Made by a program: the position numbers and the translations under genes | IMG/VR virus record: IMGVR_UViG_3300036783_000180 | Coordinates: 64,001-128,000 of that record | Source of the DNA: a virus | Taxonomy: Duplodnaviria; Caudoviricetes | DNA length: 64,000 bases | Reading direction: 5' to 3' (one strand) | In this document: in pieces, positions 31,955 through 43,300 of the stretch | Layout of the letters: each line of letters starts with the position of its first letter | How positions within the stretch are numbered: the stretch's first letter is position 1 | Notes under the pieces: generated by a model | Seen by the model: the letters and a program-made list of their open reading frames with translations, nothing else | What the model was told of the DNA's origin: nothing | Database searches by the model: none

Positions 31955-31983
31955 AGTATACTATACAATCAAGTTCAAGGCAA
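31955..31983 (-). promoter_or_regulatory. Sigma-A-type promoter
   Basis: TTGCCT-N17-TATACT. Confidence 0.7.
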
Positions 31984-33976
31984 TAGCGAATTTAAAAGTT
32001 CTTTTTTATTCGTTGAATATCCATATCCGACTATCGAAATTGAATTAGAAAAATAGTGATTTAATCGATAATCATATGTACCTTGATAGTAACCCATTTT
32101 GTCTTCAATGTTCTCATACGGGTTAATGATAACTTCCACGCCTTCGTATTCTTTGTGTTGCACTGCAATGCCGATAAAAGAGCCTTCGTGTTCTAAGGCC
32201 TCTTTAAAACAGGCTTGCATTTTATTCATTTCGGTCATCCTCGTGTTTCCTCTTCCAAGTTGATGTTCTTAATTGCTTCCATCAATGATTCGTCTTGGCG
32301 TTTCAATTCTAAATGTTCATATAGTACTTCCGCCACTTGAGTTGCACAATTCTTACACAACCTTGATGTTTGTGTTGATTCAACTTTCCCTTCTTTACTT
32401 CCTAGAGAAAGTCCAAGTATCCCCGGTTCACCACAACACTTACAATTTGAATAACCTCTAATATCTTCTGTCGTTACTTTTATGATTGGTTCTGTTTTTT
32501 CGAACATTATCTATTTCCTCCACTTGTAAAAATTATTGCGCCCATAATAGCAATGAAAATCATAGCACTTCTAACGAAAAATTTAAACACAACAACAGCG
32601 CTCATCGTCATGAATGTAAACTCTAGTTTTAACCAAATCAAGAAGTTTCCAAGATAATATGTTAGTACTAGAAATAAGGCTAACCACAGTACAAATTTAA
32701 TTTTGGTCATCATACGTTATATAAACTATTGTCGCGTTCAACTTTCATACGCAATAATTCTTTAAAGAATAATTGACCACGTTCTAATTGACGATTAGCA
32801 TCGTGATACTCCGAAGCCGCATAGCAATCAGCACAGTACTCTTGAACTTTCTTGTCATAGAATTCTTTATCTTCCTTAGTCCATTTTTCTATCAGGCCAT
32901 TGTATTCTTTCTTCATAATTTCTTCTAATTTCACTTTATCTTCTTCGGAAAGCATATCACTTAAAAATTGTTCTTCACAAGAACACTGCAAATAATATAC
33001 TCTTTCGGCAATACCTTTATCAACTAAGAAATGTTCTAGCTTTTTGTAGTCACTAACAAACCTTGATATACCACCAACATATTCTCCTACTCTAAAACCA
33101 GACATTCTCTCATCTAACTTAATCTTTTGTTCCTCTGTCATAAAGTCGATTTCTTTTAGCGCAGGGAAGTTATGCACTTGTAGTAGTTCTGGATACTCTT
33201 CTAGTTTCTTTGCATCGATAATTCTATGAATGTCATACCATAGACTATCTGATTTAACATCAGATAATTTCTCGTTAAATACTTTCAGTTCTTCACGAGT
33301 GAATTGTTTCTTTAATTCCTCACGATCAATGCCAGCCACATAAAATCTTAACTCTTCGAACTTCTGTAAGATTACCTCTAGATTAATTTTCGTCATTTTC
33401 ATTCTCCTTCTCTTTCTCTTTCGCAACTTTTTCTAGTTGATCCGCTTGTCTTCTTAAGAACTCAGCTTCCGTTATTTCAACCGTAAAGTCAGGTGCTTTA
33501 CCAGGTCCTTTCGCAGCGTCAGTGATACCTTCGAAATAATACGTATGACCAACATTGTGAGCCATATGCAAATACACACCAGCATTACAGAATATTCTAG
33601 AGATACCTAGTTCTTCTGTTACATGATGCATGCGAGGGATTTCTAACTTGTGTTTCTCCACAAACGCCAACCATTTCTTATTTACATTGCTACGCACTCT
33701 CGCTTTCAAGAATCCATCTCGGTCATAATCCTTTACAAATTGATTACGCAGATGTGCTGGTGGATGAGATAACAAAAGCCTTTCTGTCACAATAGCTAAA
33801 TTCTTTTTCATCGGGCTTTCGATAATTGCTTCGATTTCTGTTTGTAACGCCCACCAATCATTCTCAAATGTAAATAAATGATGGAACAATTCATGTGCTC
33901 TTGTATCCTTTTTAACTTCAAAATATCTTTTCATTTTCTTTCTCTCCTTTTGTTTTCTTCTTTTATAATAAAACAA
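31975..33976 (-). other. Five hypothetical CDS (31975, 32235, 32507, 32710, 33383)
   Basis: Translationally coupled ORFs. Confidence 0.65.
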
Positions 33977-34004
33977 ACTCCCTTCAATTTGAAGGGAGTT
34001 TTAA

Positions 34005-34244
34005 TTAAATACCTAATTTATTTTGCAACTTACCTAAATCATAACCCGTTACAAACGTGTCATCAGGGAATACTGTTAATGGAGCTTCCATTACTCCGTA
34101 CTTATCGAACTGCTCACGGTATTCCGGTTTCTCTTCGATGTTACGTTCTTCAAATTCGATTGGGCCATCAGGAAAATTTTCCAAAGCCATCTTAAGCGCA
34201 TCGCACTTAGGGCATTTATTTTTACTGAATACTATTAATTTCAT
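34005..34244 (-). CDS. Glutaredoxin / NrdH-like redoxin
   Basis: VFSKNKCPKC...GVMEAP. Confidence 0.85.
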   Translation of the reverse strand: MKLIVFSKNKCPKCDALKMALENFPDGPIEFEERNIEEKPEYREQFDKYGVMEAPLTVFPDDTFVTGYDLGKLQNKLGI

Positions 34245-34286
34245 TCGTGTTCCTCCTATAAGTTAATTAGGAACATTATATCATCG

Positions 34287-35021
34287 TTAAACTAAAGTAA
34301 CACCAAATTTATAATCAATGAAGTACGTTTTCGCTTCTGATTTTATTTCATCAGTTAAGAACTCATCTATTTTCTTTTGAAGTTCTTTTGCATGTTTCAT
34401 TATTCTATCTTCTGCATCTTCGTGCATTTCATCAGTCGCCGCACTAATAATATCTCTAGCATCGATAGAAATATCATGTATACTTGTACCGTAAATAATT
34501 AAACAAGATAAGTCTAACTCATCTTCTCCATCTTCAATCAAATCAAGATTTCTATCCGCGATCCATTCTATTAACTCTTTAGGTTCGATAAATCTATCGT
34601 GACCTTCAATATAAAGCATTTCGAACTTTTCAAGAGCTTCTTTATAAGGTACCTTCTCAGACTTCTCAAAACGCTCTCTCTCACGTTTCGCTTCTTGCAT
34701 GTCTCTTACTGCTCTAGCTTCAGCGCAGTCGCAAACTGTACGTCCCTTCGTGATATAATCGTTACAATAGAAACAACGCTTGCGAACACCATCATAACAG
34801 TGTTTGCAAGACATAATATATTCTCTACGGAATGGGAAGAGAATTCCTTTAGGATGATTGTAACCTTGAATCCCGAACACACCTGGAGCCACACCCATTC
34901 CAGTCCCGCCACAAGTTGTGCAGATTTCTTCTAAATCATTTAGATGCTTCACCAAAGTATGTTCAAATTTAATTTTTACTTTTTCTTCTCGTAATCCGTT
35001 TTCTTCTAATGATTCTGTCAT
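34287..35021 (-). CDS. Zn-finger hypothetical protein
   Basis: CTTCGGTG, CKHC, CFYC, CDC. Confidence 0.65.
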   Translation of the reverse strand: MTESLEENGLREEKVKIKFEHTLVKHLNDLEEICTTCGGTGMGVAPGVFGIQGYNHPKGILFPFRREYIMSCKHCYDGVRKRCFYCNDYITKGRTVCDCAEARAVRDMQEAKRERERFEKSEKVPYKEALEKFEMLYIEGHDRFIEPKELIEWIADRNLDLIEDGEDELDLSCLIIYGTSIHDISIDARDIISAATDEMHEDAEDRIMKHAKELQKKIDEFLTDEIKSEAKTYFIDYKFGVTLV

Positions 35022-35659
35022 TTTAATCCCTCTTTCTTTTCTTCTAAATAACCTAAAACTTTATTTGGAGCCATACCTTTAGAACATAAACGTCTAGCTG
35101 ACCAGTAACTAACACCCAAAAAATTACACCATGTCGATAACGGTTTTAATTCGTTTTCATATTCTATTAGTTTAATGTTTCGTTTATTGATGCTTTGTTC
35201 ATCAGAGGTAGACCACTTACAATTACATGGACTATAACCTTTATTAACATCTATTCTATCAATAGTTAAACTGTCTTTATATCCATTAGACATAGACCAC
35301 ATATAGAAACTTTCAAAATCTTCCTCCCACAACCTACAAATTTTTATCCCTCTACCTCCATAATCAAGATAGTCTTTATTTTTAGGGTAATTACAACGAC
35401 TTTTCATAGCTTTATATATACGGTATATTCTAGTTTTATACAATCCGTGTTTGGTAGCTCTTTTAGTTGAGGATTCAGATAAAAAACACCCACAAGATGT
35501 AGTTCTGCCAGACCGTAAATTTCTCCCTTGTGTTGTAGTCTCTTTGCCACAATCACATTTACACTTCCACATAGCGACCCGATCTTTAGATGATCCATCC
35601 CTATATAAAACCGTTAGCCTTCCAAACTTCTGACCTTTTAAGTCTATAGCTTTACCCAA
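35018..35659 (-). CDS. HNH-family (homing) endonuclease
   Basis: DLKGQKFGRLTV, WKCKCDCG, SCGC, YGGRGI, TIDRIDVNKGYSPCNCKW. Confidence 0.85.
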   Translation of the reverse strand: MGKAIDLKGQKFGRLTVLYRDGSSKDRVAMWKCKCDCGKETTTQGRNLRSGRTTSCGCFLSESSTKRATKHGLYKTRIYRIYKAMKSRCNYPKNKDYLDYGGRGIKICRLWEEDFESFYMWSMSNGYKDSLTIDRIDVNKGYSPCNCKWSTSDEQSINKRNIKLIEYENELKPLSTWCNFLGVSYWSARRLCSKGMAPNKVLGYLEEKKEGLK

Positions 35660-35660
35660 A

Positions 35661-35966
35661 TCAAATGCCCACCCTTATAAAGTCGTCTATAAGAACGCGA
35701 CCTTGACCATATCGGAACCACGGTCCTTTCACTTTGTTCGAATACAACGTTCTAAAGAAAAACAAACGACCGCCATCTCTATGCGGTTCAAATCCAAAAA
35801 CTTTGTCTTTCCCATCATCATGAATGATTTTACAAATGGTGATTCCTGAATAATTAACAGAATCTATACCAAATGATTTCTCATCCATATTTCCTTCTTC
35901 GAACTCCTTAATTAACTCCATCTTCAATGAATTACTCATACCACAAACCTCCAATTGTTTATTCAC
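35661..35966 (-). CDS. Hypothetical protein
   Basis: ORF. Confidence 0.55.
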   Translation of the reverse strand: MNKQLEVCGMSNSLKMELIKEFEEGNMDEKSFGIDSVNYSGITICKIIHDDGKDKVFGFEPHRDGGRLFFFRTLYSNKVKGPWFRYGQGRVLIDDFIRVGI

Positions 35967-36001
35967 CTTCCTTTTAACAAACGACAGAATTCGAGGACAA
36001 T

Positions 36002-36035
36002 AAGAAAGAGTGTAGGATATCCTACACTCTTTCTT
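36002..36035 (-). terminator. Palindromic terminator after the endolysin
   Basis: AAGAAAGAGTGTAGGAT|ATCCTACACTCTTTCTT. Confidence 0.75.
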
Positions 36036-36047
36036 TAAAGATAAAAA

Positions 36048-36797
36048 TTAAACTAATTGGTACCACCATTTTTTACTGTCTAACCAATCAGTGAAACCTT
36101 TACGTTGAGCATCCGAAGTTGGATCAGTCACAACATAAACAATTCCGTCAGATTGAAGGATGAACTTACCTGTCATCTTAAGTGACAGTAAAGCACCAGC
36201 CACATCCTCCATATTAGAAGGTGCGAATCCACCTGTTTGAACTACTTTCGTAGTTGGTTCAGGAGCAACAGTACCGCCGCCGCCAACTGTTTGTCCAGTT
36301 AAAGCGTAAACGATAGAGTTAGCAATTTTATCAACATTCCACTTAGCCATATCAGCATCGTTATCGATGAATCCTAATTCGATTAAGATAGCCGGAGCTT
36401 TTGTACCTTTCAGTACAGCTAAGTCAGTACGTTGTTTTGCACCACGATTAAACCAACCAATATCTTTCGATAATTGAGCTGAAATCTTAGCAGCTAACGC
36501 TTCTTGGTCGTAGTATAAAACTTCTACACCATGAGCCGAACCGTTGTATGCATTCAAGTGGAACGAAATAACAAGGTCAACCGCATGAGAGTTACATTTA
36601 GCAACAATATTATTTAAGTTTTGAGCTTGTGTAGAACCGACTTCATCAGTGTCATCATAAACTGTATGACCTAATTGGCGTAGTTTAGCAATAACAGCAT
36701 CCTTAACTTGACGATCCATGATATGCTCTTTACGACTTCCAGAGTTAGCACCCTGTACGATTGAGTTATGTCCACCATGACAAGAATATCTAGCCAT
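36048..36797 (-). CDS. Endolysin: N-acetylmuramoyl-L-alanine amidase (Amidase_3) with C-terminal cell-wall-binding domain
   Basis: HGGH...E, ISFHLNA, GVEV, PAILIELGFIDN; C-terminal VQTGGF...WLDSKKWWY. Confidence 0.92.
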   Translation of the reverse strand: MARYSCHGGHNSIVQGANSGSRKEHIMDRQVKDAVIAKLRQLGHTVYDDTDEVGSTQAQNLNNIVAKCNSHAVDLVISFHLNAYNGSAHGVEVLYYDQEALAAKISAQLSKDIGWFNRGAKQRTDLAVLKGTKAPAILIELGFIDNDADMAKWNVDKIANSIVYALTGQTVGGGGTVAPEPTTKVVQTGGFAPSNMEDVAGALLSLKMTGKFILQSDGIVYVVTDPTSDAQRKGFTDWLDSKKWWYQLV

Positions 36798-36875
36798 TTA
36801 ACAACATCTCCTTTTTCCTAAATTTGTATTACTCATATATTATAGCACGAAAAAAGACTAGGATTCACCTAGTCT

Positions 36876-37552
36876 TTAGAAAATTAAATATCCAATAATA
36901 ATTCCAGTCATATAAAAGATTAATACAAACGAACAAAAGCCTCTCCATTCATTATGTATAATCCCAGCTATATAAATAAGACAAGTAATAAAGAACAAAG
37001 CTAAACCTACATAAGCATAATGCAAACTAATCCAAAATACAAAGATACCAAGTCCGATATTACCAAAAACTAAAATCGCTAACAAGGCACATACAAAATT
37101 AGCAACCGCATTATCTATTCCCCACACTCCTTTTTCACCTCTCGATACACAGTGCCATTGTAATCACCGTTATTTAATTTATTCATTTTAATGATAATCT
37201 TTTCGTCTCCACAGAAGCAACCATGAATTAGCATACCTTTACCTACATGCAGTAATGTATGACAGTCATATCGAATACCCAACATATCAACAACCGCATT
37301 TCTAAAAGTTTCATAAGCTCCAAATAGCCCTAGATGATCTTCATGTTTATATCCAACTTCCCAAATCGGGTGCTTTTCAAAATCTTCTTCCTTAAATGCA
37401 TCACTTAATTCGTCACGAACTAACTTCTTCCAATAACTAAATCCTTTTACTTTATCGAAGAATGTAGCAACGAGAGTGCCATCGGCACTCTCGTTATTCT
37501 CCAAGATATCCCAGCCTTCTAAGTGAGTGTTTTCTTGGATTTTATATTTCAT
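36876..37552 (-). other. Membrane protein (36876-37127) and hypothetical protein (37115-37552)
   Basis: Coupled ORFs. Confidence 0.6.
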
Positions 37553-37554
37553 TG

Positions 37555-39147
37555 TTAGTTAACTCCCACTTCATAGAATGTAATTTTATATGATAAACAT
37601 TCATTCGTTGTAGAAAGTACCTCAACAGCAAATCCCCCTAATTCCGTCTGCAAACGGAATGTCATTACAGCTCCAAAACGGGGAACTTTAGTGTAAGTGA
37701 AATCACGTTCATTAGATGCGTAACCTTCTCGCGTAAGAATATGAACAATCTCGTGTTGCAATGCAGCCATACATTCCATTTGTGGAGCTTTCGCATCTAA
37801 CACATAAGAGAATAATTTCTTGCGACCATTACGCATGAAATCTTGGCGGTGTTTATCATATATATCGTCCATTGTCACCTTACCATCTAAGCAGATATGA
37901 TTTGCACTTATAGTGATTTCTCCCGCGCCAGTTTGATTAATAACAGATTCGCAACTGTCATTACCAACTTTTGATTGAATTCTATCATCAGTTACAGTGA
38001 TTATTGACTCAGCTTTCCCTATACGATCAGTAATAGTACATTTAGCATTATCAATATTAATTTTAGATGCCGAAACCGTCGCATCCATTGGAGCACTATT
38101 GATTTGCTTAATAACATCTGCCGTTTTGTCTTCACGATTTAAATTAATCTCAACACGTTTCGCTAGTGTTTCATCATAAAATTTCGCTGCCACGCGGCCT
38201 GTTTTATTATTAATTAGTTCGTAACCTTCGACCTCGTTACCACCTTCAGCTAAAGTATAAGCGAGGTGTGTAGATTTTACTTCGCGCTTAGATTCTGTAG
38301 TAGCTACTGCAACTGGAGAAACGTTTTTTATCGCTTCTTCAAATTCTTTCTGCTCTGCTACAGTAAACAAACCACCAAATATATGAATACCTTGTTTACT
38401 AATCACAGACTTAGCTAAACCTTCATCATCGAATACCCATCTTGAATACTGCCCGTAAGATTCCGCAAACTCGTCTTCACTTAGCGTTCCAAATACACCA
38501 TCACCATATAGGACGATATAAATTCCATCAACTAAAGGTTCCCATCCAAGAGGTGTGCGCAACCAAACTTTGTTACCTTCTTCTTTATACTGCCAATTAT
38601 TAGTTCCGAAGAACTTAAAGAAATTACGCAACGTATTTCTGCCCATGTATCGTACAACAACTTTTGGCATTTCGTTCTCTTCAATTTCAATCGGTGCTTC
38701 TGGTTCGCGAGGTTTAACGAAAGCATCTTTCACAGCATTTCGTTTTTCCATTTCCGCAACATAAGCTTTGATTTGATCTATTGCTTTTTGATTTTCATTA
38801 AATCCAACTGGATCTTCTACTAATGTGAATTTCGTTCTGTTTTTGTATTTAACTGTAATCAGATTCATACCGGACATACTTGGTTCAACCTTAATATCAT
38901 CAAGCGGTACATCAATAGCTTCAATGAAGATAAAATTATTTGCAACGAAAACTTCCGAAAGACCATGGAAATAATCAGAGTACATTGTACCTCTACATTC
39001 GATTGGGGTTGCAATACCATGTTTAATAAAATCAAAAATTCTTTGAGGTTTCATTGTTTTCTCTTCACTTTTTCTTTTAAAAACAGGATAAATAATTCCA
39101 TTCAACACAACGTCATACAAATGTTTTGCTTCTTCAATTCTTGCCAT
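37555..39147 (-). CDS. Mosaic early protein with a PGDYG-like domain and tail-fibre-like segments
   Basis: LRTPLGW...DGIYIV...EFAESY; RIGKAESIITVT..RIQSKV...SVINQT..EITISANHI.LDG. Confidence 0.6.
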   Translation of the reverse strand: MARIEEAKHLYDVVLNGIIYPVFKRKSEEKTMKPQRIFDFIKHGIATPIECRGTMYSDYFHGLSEVFVANNFIFIEAIDVPLDDIKVEPSMSGMNLITVKYKNRTKFTLVEDPVGFNENQKAIDQIKAYVAEMEKRNAVKDAFVKPREPEAPIEIEENEMPKVVVRYMGRNTLRNFFKFFGTNNWQYKEEGNKVWLRTPLGWEPLVDGIYIVLYGDGVFGTLSEDEFAESYGQYSRWVFDDEGLAKSVISKQGIHIFGGLFTVAEQKEFEEAIKNVSPVAVATTESKREVKSTHLAYTLAEGGNEVEGYELINNKTGRVAAKFYDETLAKRVEINLNREDKTADVIKQINSAPMDATVSASKINIDNAKCTITDRIGKAESIITVTDDRIQSKVGNDSCESVINQTGAGEITISANHICLDGKVTMDDIYDKHRQDFMRNGRKKLFSYVLDAKAPQMECMAALQHEIVHILTREGYASNERDFTYTKVPRFGAVMTFRLQTELGGFAVEVLSTTNECLSYKITFYEVGVN

Positions 39148-39292
39148 TTTTCTCCATCTCCTTATCGTTAGTTAATACATATATATTGTCATGATTAATT
39201 CCTCTAAGTGGTGTCATACCTTCGGGCTCACGAAAAACTATTTCTGAGCCATTCGCAAAAGTTATTTTCTTTGGTTGTTTTTTCTCTTCCAC
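39134..39292 (-). CDS. 52-aa peptide not in the ORF track, resembling a large-terminase ATPase segment
   Basis: RBS GAGGTG + GTG; MEEKKQPKKITFANGSEIVFREPEGMTPLRGINHDNIYVLTNDKEMEKNGKN. Confidence 0.7.
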   Translation of the reverse strand: MEEKKQPKKITFANGSEIVFREPEGMTPLRGINHDNIYVLTNDKEMEKNGKN

Positions 39293-39316
39293 AACTATCA
39301 CCTCTCAACAATCAAA

Positions 39317-39345
39317 AGTATATCATGTTCAAAAGACTTTGAAAA
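39317..39345 (-). promoter_or_regulatory. Early promoter with TTGAACATGA-TATACT element
   Basis: Same element as the sRNA-array promoters; lies just after terminator 39354-39380. Confidence 0.7.
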
Positions 39346-39382
39346 GAAAAATAATAGTGTGCCCAAAAGGGCACACTATAGG

Positions 39383-40333
39383 TTATGAAAATATCTTAGT
39401 TAGTTTTTGCCAGAATTTTAGTGATTTCCACTCTTTATGCTTTTCCGTTGTCCACTCAGACTTAATTGCATCTCTAATTTGTTTTTCTATCTTAGCGCGA
39501 ATAGAAGAGAAATTATGATGATTTGTACCACAAACAGAAAGTGTTTTGTTAACTTGCATGAGAGCCATCCAAACCACCTTCCCACTTTCTGTTGCACCTA
39601 TAATAGTCGTGTATTTCAAGCCAGGATAATCTATTCTCACTCCATTCGCCATTACATGTTGAATTTCATAAGAACTCAATTTACTGTAGTTATCTACTAC
39701 AGTAAATTTATTCAAATCGAACATAATAGAGATATTTTTATCAGGATTCTTTAGGTGTTCTAAATCAGCTACATAAACCATATCTTTAATCTTAGTGATA
39801 CGAACGCCACCTAATTCCCACGTTTCTTTACTATTATTCTTAGAATAAGAGCCCTCAGATAGCACTTGTTCTAAAATATATCTAGGGATACCACGGCTAT
39901 TCTCGATAGGCCCATACAAAATACTTTTCTTCTTCATTTGGCTAACCTTTTCAGCTTCATTAATTAACCATGACAATTCATCGTACTTCATAAGAACAGC
40001 AGATTTATCATCAACTATATTTCCTATTTTTGATGACTCTATTTTGTCTTTAATTTTACTTAATACCTTATTTTCTTTATTGATCAATAAACCATCACTT
40101 TTTATATTCCATATCGTAATTTGATTAGGGAACCCTAAACATTCGTTGACCATTGTTTCCATGTACCTTCCAGTATGAGTGTAACCATCCACTTTATAAA
40201 CAGAGAACCCCATATCTAAACGTTCACATTTCCACTCTGTTTCCATGAGAAATATAGTCATTTCTTCTTCCGTTAAAGCAAAATTTTCTGCATTCGTCAC
40301 TTCATAAGTTTTATTTCTATATCTAACAATCAT
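39383..40333 (-). CDS. Protein with ~3 tandem BrnT/DUF4258-like domains
   Basis: LTEEEM..FL...DGYTHTGR; IPRYILEQVLSEG; LSSYEIQHVMANG...GATESGK. Confidence 0.5.
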   Translation of the reverse strand: MIVRYRNKTYEVTNAENFALTEEEMTIFLMETEWKCERLDMGFSVYKVDGYTHTGRYMETMVNECLGFPNQITIWNIKSDGLLINKENKVLSKIKDKIESSKIGNIVDDKSAVLMKYDELSWLINEAEKVSQMKKKSILYGPIENSRGIPRYILEQVLSEGSYSKNNSKETWELGGVRITKIKDMVYVADLEHLKNPDKNISIMFDLNKFTVVDNYSKLSSYEIQHVMANGVRIDYPGLKYTTIIGATESGKVVWMALMQVNKTLSVCGTNHHNFSSIRAKIEKQIRDAIKSEWTTEKHKEWKSLKFWQKLTKIFS

Positions 40334-43300
40334 ATTATAGTCCCCTCCGGAAACGACCCTTCATAATGATACCCTACAATTTCAGTCTCAGGATCGTTTA
40401 CATCATACTTGAATTCAATCCTACCATTCACCACTACGTATATAATGTTTTGTCCGTCATGTGTATTATGGATAACTTGCACAGACGATGTACCCTCAAT
40501 AGGAAATCCTTTACTTTGTTCTCCACCATCATGAGTTTTAGTAATATTTATAGATGTTTTACCCTCATAGAGATAAGGTTTACTCTTCGGACCTGTCTGT
40601 GTATATTTCACTTCTCTGCCTGAATCTAATTTAATCGTCCCTGTATGGATTTCCCCCATCTTATTCACACTCCCTATGTTCTTTCATCTTTTGAAACGTA
40701 GTATCGTACTTTACCATTATTCTATCTAAATCTTTCCTTTTAGGATTAGGGAGGGAGTCATATTCTTTCCACGCTGCACAAGATGCTTCATCGTGTTCAA
40801 CGAAAGTCCCTAGTACATAATTTTTATAAAACTTATTTTGTCCGTCGTTCGATTTCTTTCGCCCATTCAACAAATCGCTGAACTTCTCCATTCGTAACAC
40901 CCTCCGTTACAATCACACCATCAATGCATGCATACTTTTCTACTTCAACACCATTATAACTATCATTAACAAATACACTTACAATCAGATTATCCGAGAA
41001 CTGGATTAAATAAATATCCTCTCGATTATCCGGTAACTCCAAGTCAGTTTTGCCGAACTCAGACTCCGTAATATGTTCGCTAATAATTTCTAATAAATCT
41101 TCCGCTTCATCTTCACCTTTTAGAACATAAGGCACCTTCCATTCTAAGAACAACGTTCGTACGCCTTCTGATGTTTCACTTCTGGCGCCATCTACGATAC
41201 AAGCAGGGATGCATACATGCAACCCCTCCTGTTTCGCTTTCATTAATGCATTCCAACTCGCTTTTAATAATTTCATTTGTATGTTTCCCCTTCCCATTTC
41301 TTCGCTTTTTCATCGATAATTCTTATTAGCTCTTTTACTCTCTTTTGTGCTTCTGCATTCACACGTTGTTCAGGGAACACAATAATCTCATTCACTTTGA
41401 ACCCTAACTTTTCTGCATCTTGCATTGTACCAAAGAACATTTTATATACAGATTGGAATAAGACTGGATCTGTAACTTCAATGGCTAGCTCCATTTTCTT
41501 CCCTTTTTCATGCATAAAGTAATCATCAAATTGCTTATCATTTTTCGCTGTTGTTTCATATTCCTTACGAACTTCCTCAATGTTATCTGCTAACTCAACT
41601 TTCACTAAATCTTTCATTACTCATTCTCCTTTATACTCATCTACAATTCTATCAACCTGATCCACATAATCATCAGTGGTCATTTTGCCATCTAACCACA
41701 AACGACATTGCCACTTTAAGTTCGATACAGTCAGCTGTTGTTCAACATTTAATCCACAACCATCTTTAGCATTTTCCAACATATACATAATAGATTTAAA
41801 CTTCTTTACACTAATTTCGCCAATTAAAAATCTATCTTTAATCCTACGGCCGGACTTACCTAACATTAAGAAACTTTGCATTTCCTTCGTTTGATCACGC
41901 AACATATCAAATCTCAATTGCATTGCTCTTAAAGGAGATTTAAAATCACATGTATCTCTATAGCACGTTATCATATTAACGTTGTCCTCTACAGCCGCAA
42001 ACACATCCCCTCCATCACACATTAACATTTCGATATTGTTTTCTACAGCTACAAACATGTTTCCTCCGATACATTTCGGACACGTGATAAACGGAATAGT
42101 TTTGCTCATTTCGTTCTCTCTAATTCTCCAACTAGGATTTTACTTGCAGCATTTATATCAACACCCAATTCATCAGCTAAACCATGAGCCTTACCAAACA
42201 ACATACCAAGCATGAAATACTTCTTCTGCTCAGCTGTCATCGGTGTTTTAGGTTCGTCTTTGACAATCCCTAAATATCTTATGTGAACATCAACCTCACA
42301 TAATTTCCCATCAAAGAGAACTGTCGCTATTTCATCTTCGCCTACATCAAATAACAACGTTCCTCTTAGTCCGTCTTGGAAATCAGGGTGTTGATGTGTT
42401 TCAACTCGTTTACTCTTCTTATAATTAGGTCTTACTTGTGCATATACACTCATTTAAATCCTTCTCCCTTTCAAAAACATTCTTGCAAATATTTGTGCTT
42501 CTATCCGTTTTTGCCAAGGCATTAACTTAGCAAATGAATCAACCATAATGAATTCAGAGATACGAATTAATTCGTATCTCATTTTATAATTCCAAACTAA
42601 CTTATTTTCCCGAATTGGCTTCCTAATTTCAGTAAGTACAAGATTACAGAAATCCACATACTTTTGTTCGCCCATCCATTCAACTCGTCCCATACTACGT
42701 TTTGCGAAATCAGATAATCCGGAACATGACATTACTCTACTTTTCTTTACCAATCCCATTTCCAAGCCTTCTTCCCTAATCTAATTCGTAAAAACTTTGT
42801 TCCGTAGTCATCGAAGAAACAAGCGTAAAATAATTTTGAATCAAACAGGAAGAATGTGACACTTTCACACTCTTCCCTACAATCACATTTCTCATTGATT
42901 TTAAATTTCATCACCAAACACCTGCCCATTCGTATTCAATTCTATGACCATCTAAGGCTTTTTTATGTTGCCTTATTAATTCATTTGATTGCAACCTAGT
43001 TCTATTGTCATCAATATGATACATAAAGTCAGGATGGATTTCACAAATTTTAATATCGCCATTTTCTTTTGTTATATAAATACGACCAATCGAAGTAACA
43101 CCTGACCATAACTCTTTAAACGGTCCTATAGCTGGTAAGTGACTTCCTGTTCTCATTACCTTTTCAAACTCTTCAACTGGAAGGTTATACGAGCGCATGA
43201 CTTTTACCCTCCAATCATTCCGAACTCTGACCAATTCAAAGCACGTACTCTATGATAAGAACCAACCTTTCGAATCTCAACTGGATTACCTTCTGTTGTT

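Noticed and set aside
35018-35659. Intron-encoded endonuclease
   Set aside because: Flanking genes are intact and tightly coupled with no room for a group I intron core; it is free-standing.
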